Below are positions 56,717 through 64,000 of a stretch of 64,000 bases of DNA, one piece after another. Where the stretch lies: contig OZ255842.1 of the NCBI GenBank assembly GCA_965277805.1, forward strand, positions 3,136,001 through 3,200,000, given 5' to 3'. The notes under the pieces are model-generated. The model had not been told where the DNA came from. It saw nothing but the letters and a program-made list of their open reading frames with translations, and searched no databases. Source of the stretch: Candidatus Lustribacter sp. (GTDB lineage Bacteria; Vulcanimicrobiota; Vulcanimicrobiia; Vulcanimicrobiales; Vulcanimicrobiaceae). A program made the position numbers and the translations under genes. Position 1 is the first letter of the stretch. Every line of letters begins with the position of its first letter.

Positions 56717-58665
56717 CCGCGCACGCCCCGGCCGCGCGCGTGCGGGATCGCGGGCATGCGCAAGCCGTAGGCAGCCAGCACTTCGGCGATGGTCGACACC
56801 GGAATCACGTTGATGCCGTCGGGCGTCGCTTCGATCTCTTTCGCGTTTTCCGCGGGCAGCACGATCGCGCGCATCGACGCGGAGCGCGCCGCGTAAAGTT
56901 TCTCGACCACGCCGCCGACCGCGCGCACCTTGCCGGCGAGCGAGACTTCACCCGTTACCGCGATATCTTGCGGCAGCGGCGTTTGCGTCAGCGCGGAGTA
57001 GAGCGCGAGAAAGAACGCGAGCCCGGCCGACGGCCCGTCGATGTTGCCGCCGCCGATCACGTTGACGTGCAGGTCGAAGTCGCTGGGATCGAGCCCGCTC
57101 ATCGCGCGCACGACCGAGGCCGCGTTGAAGACCGAATCGCGCGACATCGAGCCGGCGGTATCGTTGAAGCGCACGGTGCCCTTGCGCGGTTCGCGCGCCG
57201 GAAACGCTGCCGCCTCGATCTCGATCAGCGAGCCGACGTATTGCAGCACGCCGAGGCCGTGCACGCGGCCGATCTCTTTCTTCTTGCGCGGGCGGGTCGG
57301 CGCGCTACGCACGATGCGGCCGGCCTGCACGACCGAGATCACGTCCTCATCACGGACCAGCGCGCCGCGCGCAGCCGTTGCGCCTTGGCGGTAAAGCGCG
57401 TGGCCGTACGCGTCGGCCAGAATCTGCACAGCTTTGCGGCCTTCGTTCGTGTAGGTGGCGATCAGGGCCGGCACGGTCTTCATCGTGCGCGCGCCCAGGC
57501 GCTTCGCCGCCTCTTGCACGATGCGCAGAATCTGCGCCTGCGTGAGCGGTTCGAAGTACACCGCGGCGCAGCGCGAACGGATCGCCGGATCGATCGCGTC
57601 GGGCTCCCGCGTCGTGGCGCCGATCAGGATGAAATCCGCCGGTGCGCCGTCGGCGAAGAGCTTCTTCACGTATTCCGGCACGTTCGGATCGTGCTCGTCG
57701 TAGTACGACGACTCGAAGAGCACGCGTTTGTCCTCGAGAACCTTGAGCAGCTTTGTCTGCAACGCCGGGGCCATCTCGCCGATTTCGTCGATGAACAGCA
57801 CGCCGCCGTGCGCTTTGGTCACGAGGCCGAGCTTCGGTTCGGGGATGCCGCTCTCGGCGAGATCGCGCCGGCTGCCCTGGTAGATCGGATCGTGTACGCT
57901 GCCGAGCAGCGGGTTCGTCGTTTCGCGATAGTCCCAGCGCAGCGTCGTGCCGCTGGCTTCGACAAACGGCGCGGCCGCTGCGAACGGCGTGTGCGCGCGC
58001 TTCTTCGCGAGTTCGAGCGCGAGCCGCGCGACGGTCGTCTTGCCGACGCCGGGCGGACCGTAAAGGATCACGTGCTGCGGAAACGGCGAGGCGAGCTTCG
58101 CCAGGAGCGCGCTGACCGCGGCTTCTTGTCCGACGATCCCGGCGAGCGTCTTCGGCCGCAGCGCGTCGAGCGCGTTCGTATTCAGGCGCCGCTCGTCGAG
58201 CGCGCGTAGATCCTCGAGCCGGCGTTGCGTAGCCGGCGTTTCCGGACCGGCCGCTTCGCGCAGCGCCTCGATTTTCAGATCGCGCACGTACTCGGCATGC
58301 CGGTGCACCATCTTCTCGTTGACCCGCCGCTCGACTTCGTCTTCGACGGTGCGCTGCGCGACGATGTCGGCCAGCGCGTCCTCGATCTCTGCGATCGCTT
58401 TCTTGTACTGCGATGCGGGCGTGATGCGTTCGAGCGTGGGGTCTTCGAACACCAGCCGCTGCAACGCCAAAATGCGCTCGCCGAGCGACGCCGAGCGCAT
58501 CAGTTTCAGCGCGCCGAGTTTCCCCGCGCGCATGACGACCTTTTCTTTGCCGAGCGCGCCGGCAAGCACGTCGAAAAGCGCCGCGACTTGGCGGCGCACT
58601 CCCTCGCCGCCGCCGTATTTACGGCGAAACCGGTCGGCGTCGAGGCGCTCGGGGTCGGCGGGCAT
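56713..58665 (-). CDS. lonC: Lon-family ATP-dependent protease (LonC-like)
   Basis: YGPPGVGKT, FIDEIGE, DGPSAG catalytic Ser, TGEVSL, VVEK. Confidence 0.9.
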   Translation of the reverse strand: MPADPERLDADRFRRKYGGGEGVRRQVAALFDVLAGALGKEKVVMRAGKLGALKLMRSASLGERILALQRLVFEDPTLERITPASQYKKAIAEIEDALADIVAQRTVEDEVERRVNEKMVHRHAEYVRDLKIEALREAAGPETPATQRRLEDLRALDERRLNTNALDALRPKTLAGIVGQEAAVSALLAKLASPFPQHVILYGPPGVGKTTVARLALELAKKRAHTPFAAAAPFVEASGTTLRWDYRETTNPLLGSVHDPIYQGSRRDLAESGIPEPKLGLVTKAHGGVLFIDEIGEMAPALQTKLLKVLEDKRVLFESSYYDEHDPNVPEYVKKLFADGAPADFILIGATTREPDAIDPAIRSRCAAVYFEPLTQAQILRIVQEAAKRLGARTMKTVPALIATYTNEGRKAVQILADAYGHALYRQGATAARGALVRDEDVISVVQAGRIVRSAPTRPRKKKEIGRVHGLGVLQYVGSLIEIEAAAFPAREPRKGTVRFNDTAGSMSRDSVFNAASVVRAMSGLDPSDFDLHVNVIGGGNIDGPSAGLAFFLALYSALTQTPLPQDIAVTGEVSLAGKVRAVGGVVEKLYAARSASMRAIVLPAENAKEIEATPDGINVIPVSTIAEVLAAYGLRMPAIPHARGRGVRG

Positions 58666-58668
58666 GAG

Positions 58669-59118
58669 CTACTTGGCCGCGACGACCCGAATGTTCGACT
58701 TCGCGATGACGTTGTTGCCGAGCCGGACTTCGATCGGATACGTGCCGACGGCTTTGATGCCGTCTTTCATCTCGATCTTGTGCCGGTCGATGGCAACGTT
58801 GAGCGCTGCCGCAATCGCATCCGCGACGTTGGCGTTCGTGACCGTGCCGAACAGGCGGCCGTTGCCGCCGGCCTTCGCCATGATCTCGAACGTCTGCTCT
58901 TCGAGTTGCGTTGCAACGTCTTGCGCGTTCGCGACTTCTTCCGCCTGACGGCGTTTCTTCGCGTGGTTCTGCTGTTCGAGCTGCTTGATCGCGCCTGGCG
59001 TCGCCGCGGTCGCGAGCTTACGCGGCAGCAAGAAATTGTTTGCGTAACCGTCGGCCACGTTGGCGACGTCGCCGCGCTTGCCGAGCGTCTTGACGTCGTT
59101 GAGGAGAATGACTTTCAT
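58669..59118 (-). CDS. rplI: 50S ribosomal protein L9
   Basis: [17 protein letters not shown]...[17 protein letters not shown]. Confidence 0.97.
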   Translation of the reverse strand: MKVILLNDVKTLGKRGDVANVADGYANNFLLPRKLATAATPGAIKQLEQQNHAKKRRQAEEVANAQDVATQLEEQTFEIMAKAGGNGRLFGTVTNANVADAIAAALNVAIDRHKIEMKDGIKAVGTYPIEVRLGNNVIAKSNIRVVAAK

Positions 59119-59127
59119 CGTGCTCCT

Positions 59128-59385
59128 CTACTGCGCCACGAACGGCAGGATGGCGATGACGCGGGCGCGTTTGACGGCCACGGTCAGCGCGCGCTGATGG
59201 CTTGCACAGTTGCCGCTGATGCGGCGTGGCAAGATCTTACCGCGTTCGGAAATGTATTTGCGCAAGCGCGTCTGGTCTTTGTAGTCGATCGGCTCGAGGC
59301 GGTCGGCGCAGAACGTGCAGACTTTGCGCTTGGGGCGGCGCTCTTTTTTGGCCGCGCTTTTGGATTTACTCTTCGGAGGGGGCAT
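59128..59385 (-). CDS. rpsR: 30S ribosomal protein S18 (Zn-ribbon C+ form)
   Basis: [29 protein letters not shown]. Confidence 0.97.
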   Translation of the reverse strand: MPPPKSKSKSAAKKERRPKRKVCTFCADRLEPIDYKDQTRLRKYISERGKILPRRISGNCASHQRALTVAVKRARVIAILPFVAQ

Positions 59386-59580
59386 GGGCTCACTTTCATG
59401 TAGGTGGTTGATGGCCGGATCGCAGTCCGGCCCTACACACGTGGCGAGGCAATCCTCACCACGATCTCCGCATCGCGGAGCCGGGACTCATCGTTCACGC
59501 GTTTCCGGCGATCCAGCAAGAAGGCCGCCACAAGGGCGACCCTTCTCGTCCGAACAGCCCACGCGTGAATGTGGCCCGAG
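59386..59580 (-). ncRNA. Candidate structured 5' leader/ncRNA upstream of rpsR
   Basis: Four contiguous hairpin domains with G-U pairs on the minus strand, starting about 7 nt after an extended -10. Confidence 0.55.
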
Positions 59581-59586
59581 CGACCT

Positions 59587-59595
59587 ATTCTAGCA
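59587..59595 (-). promoter_or_regulatory. Extended -10 promoter element
   Basis: TGcTAGAAT. Confidence 0.6.
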
Positions 59596-59609
59596 GACCC
59601 GACCCCCAA

Positions 59610-59685
59610 TGTCACCCCGAGCTCGCCGGGGGGAGGCCCTCAATCGTCCGGATGGGTGCGGCCCCTCGACAAGCTCGGGGTGACA
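59610..59685. repeat. REP-like doublet (left arm degenerate)
   Basis: TGTCACCCCGAGCT...CCCCTCGACAAGCTCGGGGTGACA, same family as 36666-36740. Confidence 0.85.
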
Positions 59686-59707
59686 AGACGACGAACGCCG
59701 GGACCTC

Positions 59708-60289
59708 ATGAACATCCCCAACTCATTTCGCACGCTCGCCACCGCGCTTGCGTTGGTCTCCATCACTGCAGGCGTCGCGGGAGCCCAGTCCGCGACCTTG
59801 ACCAAGAAAGGTGCGGAGGTCGACGTGCGCGTCCTCACGCCGCTGAGCTCGAAGACCTCGCACTCCGGCGATCCGTTCGCGATGACCGAGACCGACTTAC
59901 TGTTCGTGCACCATCCCGAACTGCACGGTGCAACGATCGAAGGTCATCTCGAAGACGTCGTCGCCGCCTCGCCGACGCGCAAGGCCTCGATGAGCGTGAT
60001 CTTCGACGACATCAAGTTCGCCGATGGACGCACCGAACCGGTGTCGGTGGCGGTGAAGAACGTGTCGGCTTTCGAACCGAAGACGCATCACGTCCGCGAC
60101 CTCGGCATCATCGTCGGCTCGGCCGTCGTCGGACACGTCGTCTCGAAGAAGACGCACGTCGGCGGCGGAACGCTCGGCGGCGCAGCCGCCGGCTTCGCGA
60201 TCGTCTCGGCGATGAAATCCGACATCACGATCAAACCGGGAACGATCGTCAAACTGAAATTGCTGTCCGATCTGCCGCAGCCCGCATGA
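59708..60289 (+). CDS. Exported hypothetical protein with glycine-zipper-like segment
   Basis: Signal peptide ending AGA, LSSKTSHSGDPF, GGAAAG, DITIKPGT. Confidence 0.75.
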   Translation: MNIPNSFRTLATALALVSITAGVAGAQSATLTKKGAEVDVRVLTPLSSKTSHSGDPFAMTETDLLFVHHPELHGATIEGHLEDVVAASPTRKASMSVIFDDIKFADGRTEPVSVAVKNVSAFEPKTHHVRDLGIIVGSAVVGHVVSKKTHVGGGTLGGAAAGFAIVSAMKSDITIKPGTIVKLKLLSDLPQPA

Positions 60290-61281
60290 CGGTCGTCGAC
60301 GGTTTCAGCGGGGCGATCGGCAACACGCCGCTGATCCGCCTCGCGAAGCTCTCGGCCCACGTCGGCCGCGAAATCTTCGGGAAAGCCGAACACCTCAACC
60401 CGGGCGGCTCGGTCAAAGATCGCGCGGCGCTCGGGATCATCGAAGACTTCGAACGCAGCGGCCTGCTGAAGCCCGGCGGGGTTGTGGTTGAAGGCACTGC
60501 CGGCAACACCGGCATCGGCTTGACGCTGGTCGGCAACGCGCGCGGCTATCGCACGATCATCGTGATGCCCGACGATCAAGCCCCGGAGAAATACGACCTG
60601 CTGCGCACCTACGGCGCGGACTTGCGCGTCGTCGTAGCGGCGCCGTTCACCAACGATGCCAACTACTATCACGAAGCGCGGCGGATCGCGGAATCGATTC
60701 CGGGCGCAGTGTGGGCGAACCAATTCGAGAACACCGTCAATCGCGACACGCACGAACGCACGACCGGCCCCGAGATCGTCGCGCAGATGGGCGGCCAGCT
60801 CGATGCGTTCATCGCCGCGGCCGGCACGGGCGGCACGCTGGCCGGCACCGGGCGCGCACTCAAGGCTCACGATCCGAAGATCCGCATCGTGCTGTGCGAT
60901 CCGTACGGCTCGGCGCTATATAATTTCGTCAAACACGGCAAGCTCGAAGCCGAGGGCGACTCCAACGCTGAAGGCATCGGCATCAAACGCCTGACGGCGA
61001 ACTTCAAAGGCGCACCGGTCGACGATGCCGTGCGCGTCGACGACCAAACGATGGTCGAGATGGCGCACTGGCTGTTGCGCGAGACCGGGCTGTTCGTCGG
61101 CGGATCGGCCGCGCTCAACGTCGCCGGGGCAGCCCGCTATGCCGCGACGCTTCCGGCCGGCAGCCGCGTCGTGACCGTCCTCTGTGATGGCGGCGACCGC
61201 TATCGCTCGCGCATCTACAATGCCGGTTGGCTGGAAGAGAACGGCGTCGTGCCGCAGGCCAAAGACCTCTCGTTCCTCTAA
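60286..61281 (+). CDS. cysK: Cysteine synthase
   Basis: IGNTPLIRL, NPGGSVKDR PLP lysine, EGTAGNTG, GTGGT, EGIG. Confidence 0.92.
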   Translation: MTVVDGFSGAIGNTPLIRLAKLSAHVGREIFGKAEHLNPGGSVKDRAALGIIEDFERSGLLKPGGVVVEGTAGNTGIGLTLVGNARGYRTIIVMPDDQAPEKYDLLRTYGADLRVVVAAPFTNDANYYHEARRIAESIPGAVWANQFENTVNRDTHERTTGPEIVAQMGGQLDAFIAAAGTGGTLAGTGRALKAHDPKIRIVLCDPYGSALYNFVKHGKLEAEGDSNAEGIGIKRLTANFKGAPVDDAVRVDDQTMVEMAHWLLRETGLFVGGSAALNVAGAARYAATLPAGSRVVTVLCDGGDRYRSRIYNAGWLEENGVVPQAKDLSFL

Positions 61282-61290
61282 GTAACCATA

Positions 61291-61584
61291 ATGTTTCACG
61301 CCCAGGCGCTCGTTCTGACCGACCACCCCTCGGCGGTCGCGGCCCACGTCACTAAGGAACTCGGCCTCGAGTTCACGGCCGAATGGTCGGCCGAGGCCGG
61401 CACCGTCGAGTTGCCCGACGGAATTCTCGACCTGCACGCATGGCCCGAGGGCCTGCGGCTCGACGCCTTCGCCCCGACGCGCGCCGGTTTGGACCGCGTC
61501 GCCGACGTCGTGAAACGGCGCCTGGAACACCTCAATTCCGACCACCTCAGCGTCGACTGGTACCTCCGCCCCAGCGCATCGTAG
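61291..61584 (+). CDS. Small protein, DUF2218-like
   Basis: 97 aa, ...GLDRVADVVKRRLEHL...LSVDW pattern. Confidence 0.6.
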   Translation: MFHAQALVLTDHPSAVAAHVTKELGLEFTAEWSAEAGTVELPDGILDLHAWPEGLRLDAFAPTRAGLDRVADVVKRRLEHLNSDHLSVDWYLRPSAS

Positions 61585-61650
61585 CGCGGGGTTCAGCGGG
61601 ACGAACGGTGAACGACCAAGCCCTTCCCGCCTCATTTTCCTGGAGGAACC

Positions 61651-62547
61651 ATGCGCCTTATTACCCGTGCTGATCTGGACGGCCTGACCTGCGCGGTTCT
61701 CCTCTCACAAGTCGAGACGATCGACGACGTGATGCTGGCGCATCCAAAAGACGTGCAAGACGGGAAGGTCGACATCACCTCCAACGACGTGCTGGCGAAT
61801 CTGCCGCACGATCCGCGCGCCGGCATGATCTTCGATCATCACGCAAGCCAGACGGACGAGTGGAAAGAGGGCGTAACGAAGGGCGGCTTCCAGGCCACCG
61901 CGCCGAGCGCCGCGCGCGTCGTCGCCGGACACTATCCGGACGCCGATTTTAGCGCGTACACCGAGCTGCTGCATCAAACCGACCGGCTCGACTCCGCCGA
62001 CCTCGAGCCCGAAGACGTCACCGATCCCAAGGGCTGGATCCTCGTCGGTTACACGCTCGATCCGCGCACCGGCATGGCGCGCTACCGCGATTACTTCAAA
62101 CACGTGCTCGATCTCGTCAAGGCAAATCCGAACGATCCCGACAAGGTGCTGGCCGATCCGCAAGTCGCCGAACGCGTCGCGATCCTGCGCGATCAGCAAT
62201 GGTCGTTCATGGAGCACTTGATCGAAACGAGCCGCGCCGAGGGTAACGTGATCGTCTCGGACGTGCGCGGTCTCAAAGAGTCCCCGCTCGGCAACCGCTT
62301 CTTCATCTACACGCTCTTCCCGGAAGCGAACGTTTCGGTACGCATCGCAGACGGCGCGAACAACGCGTTTAACAGCATTCAGGTGGGACATAGCATCTTC
62401 AACCGGACCTGCAAGACCAGCGTCGGTTCGCTGATGGATCATTACGGTGGCGGCGGCCACTTCGGCGCCGGCACCTGTCAGCCGGCACCGGCCGATGCCG
62501 ACCGCGTGCTCGGTGAAATTATTCAAGTTCTCAAAAAGAACGGCTGA
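61651..62547 (+). CDS. DHH-family phosphoesterase (exopolyphosphatase-like/nanoRNase)
   Basis: RADLDGL, FDHH, GGGHFGAG; GGAGG RBS. Confidence 0.88.
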   Translation: MRLITRADLDGLTCAVLLSQVETIDDVMLAHPKDVQDGKVDITSNDVLANLPHDPRAGMIFDHHASQTDEWKEGVTKGGFQATAPSAARVVAGHYPDADFSAYTELLHQTDRLDSADLEPEDVTDPKGWILVGYTLDPRTGMARYRDYFKHVLDLVKANPNDPDKVLADPQVAERVAILRDQQWSFMEHLIETSRAEGNVIVSDVRGLKESPLGNRFFIYTLFPEANVSVRIADGANNAFNSIQVGHSIFNRTCKTSVGSLMDHYGGGGHFGAGTCQPAPADADRVLGEIIQVLKKNG

Positions 62548-62553
62548 GAGGCG

Positions 62554-63459
62554 ATGCTGATCATCATCGGGTGGGTGGTCGTCGCCATCTGCGTCTTCGG
62601 CAGCTTCGTCCTCGGCGGCGGCCACATCTTGTCGCTGCTGCAGCCGTTTGAATTCATGTGCATCGCCGGCGCCGCCGTGGGCGCGTTCGTCGTGAGCAAC
62701 CCGCCCAAGACGCTGCGTTCGGTGCTCAAAGCCATTCCGGCGTGCTTCAAGAGCAAGGACTACTCGAAAGAAAAGTACCTGCAGCTCATCGCGCTGCTCT
62801 ACGAGCTGCTGCAGAAAGCGCGCCAAGAGGGTCTGCTCGCACTCGAAGTCGACGTCAACGATCCCGAAGCCAGTTCGATCTACACCAAGTACCCGAGCGT
62901 CAAAGAAGACACGCACCTGCTCGAGTTCATCAACGACTACTTGCGCATGATGCTCAGCGGTAACCTCAACGTGCTCGAGATTCAAGAGCTGATGGACGCC
63001 GAGCTCGACACGCACCATGCCGAAGCGCAGATTCCCGCTACCGCGATTCAGCGCATCGCCGACGCGATGCCCGCGTTCGGTATCGTGGCTGCCGTCATGG
63101 GCGTCGTGCACACGATGGGTTCGGTCGGCGCGCCGCCCAAAGTGCTCGGTGAGATGGTCGCGGCCGCGCTCGTCGGCACGTTCCTCGGCATCTTGCTCGG
63201 CTACGGGTTCATCGGGCCGCTCGCGAGCCTGATCGAAGCCAACTCACAAGAAGAGGCGAAGAAGTTCGAGTGCGTCAAGTCGGTGCTGCTCGCGTCGATG
63301 AGCGGGTACTCGCCCACTGTCGCGGTGGAGTTCGGACGTAAGGTCGTGTTCTCGGTCGACCGGCCGAGCTTTGAGGAACTCGAAGACGCCGTTCGCGCCA
63401 CCAAGGAAAAGCCGGCATCGGTCGACGGTGCCCCCGACGCCGTGCCGACGCCGGCGTAG
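62554..63459 (+). CDS. motA: Flagellar stator protein MotA
   Basis: QPFE, ARQEGLLALE, PAFGIVAAVMG, ALVGTFLG, AVEFGRK. Confidence 0.95.
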   Translation: MLIIIGWVVVAICVFGSFVLGGGHILSLLQPFEFMCIAGAAVGAFVVSNPPKTLRSVLKAIPACFKSKDYSKEKYLQLIALLYELLQKARQEGLLALEVDVNDPEASSIYTKYPSVKEDTHLLEFINDYLRMMLSGNLNVLEIQELMDAELDTHHAEAQIPATAIQRIADAMPAFGIVAAVMGVVHTMGSVGAPPKVLGEMVAAALVGTFLGILLGYGFIGPLASLIEANSQEEAKKFECVKSVLLASMSGYSPTVAVEFGRKVVFSVDRPSFEELEDAVRATKEKPASVDGAPDAVPTPA

Positions 63460-63466
63460 CGGCCCC

Positions 63467-64000
63467 GTGGACGACCGGGAGCATCCGGACGAGGAGCAAC
63501 GCGATCCGCAACCGCACGATTCGCAAGCGGAGAGCATCGCTTCCGATGGGGTCGCCGACACCGACGTTGCCGGCGAGGCGACGTCGGGCGAAGTAACGCC
63601 CGAGACTGCCGCGCCGCGCGATACCGAAGCGGAAGACCGGGCTGCAAAACTCGGACCGAAGACCTTCGTCTCGGGCACGACCGCGCCGTCACTCACGCAC
63701 GTTCGCGCGCCCACGATCGTCATTCGCCGCAAGAAGAAAGGCGGTCACGGCGACGCGCACGGCGGCTCGTGGAAGATCGCCTACGCCGACTTCGTCACCG
63801 CGATGATGGCGTTTTTTCTGTTGATGTGGTTGCTCTCGTCGACCAATCAGGGCGACTTGCAAGGCATCGCCGATTATTTCAACCGGCCGTTGAAGGCACT
63901 GTTCACGCAAGGCCCGGGCGTCACCGCAACGACGGCGCCGCAAACCGAAAAAGAAAACGACCAGGCGCGGCGCAAGGACGAAGAAGACCAGCTGCAGAGT
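63467..64000 (+). CDS. motB: Flagellar stator protein MotB (5' part, runs off the window)
   Basis: Manual translation: RRKKKGGHGDAHGGSWKIAYADFVTAMMAFFLLMWL; start codon uncertain. Confidence 0.92.
   Translation, partial: MDDREHPDEEQRDPQPHDSQAESIASDGVADTDVAGEATSGEVTPETAAPRDTEAEDRAAKLGPKTFVSGTTAPSLTHVRAPTIVIRRKKKGGHGDAHGGSWKIAYADFVTAMMAFFLLMWLLSSTNQGDLQGIADYFNRPLKALFTQGPGVTATTAPQTEKENDQARRKDEEDQLQS

Noticed and set aside
59480-59580. SRP (4.5S) RNA or tRNA-Sec
   Set aside because: No domain IV CAGG..GGAA..AGCA motif and no cloverleaf or TTCGA T-loop in either orientation
59569-60285. N-terminal fusion on CysK (570-aa ORF)
   Set aside because: The extension overlaps a REP and a separate exported-protein gene in another frame; CysK homology begins at ATG 60286
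62554-64000. Zorya ZorAB or ExbBD/TolQR defence or transport system
   Set aside because: MotA has normal length with no long tail, and both proteins carry canonical flagellar stator motifs

Overview
High-GC bacterial chromosomal window, almost fully coding, with no rRNA, tRNA, CRISPR array, transposase or prophage that I can see. The rplI-lonC-dnaB order and gene style suggest a Terrabacteria soil organism, possibly Vulcanimicrobiota/Eremiobacterota (inference only). Contents in order: SsuABC/TauABC-type ABC transporters; a PHA cluster (phaC, phaB, phaZ, small phasin-like ORFs, Rv0474/MLDSR-like regulator); an unusual one-carbon/methionine operon (MetV-like, MetF, an uncharacterised SAM-methyltransferase-fold protein, and a catalytic-domain-only MetE); gcdH and two atypical SDRs; a selenocysteine formate dehydrogenase operon (in-frame UGA plus SECIS); a transsulfuration enzyme, ppc, xdhC/mocA; a ~16 kb aromatic catabolism region (Rieske oxygenase, Pht5-like proteins, dmpC/H/G/F/E lower meta pathway, a cupin pair, and no extradiol dioxygenase); rpsR-rplI-lonC-dnaB behind a ~195-nt highly structured leader; cysK; motAB. 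The strongest candidates for undescribed biology are the metV-metF-MTase-core MetE operon, the rpsR leader RNA and the cupin-pair meta-cleavage pathway. Also notable are a TGTCA-tagged REP-like repeat family and a C-rich synonymous skew at convergent gene ends. All calls come from motif recognition by eye; no searches were run.
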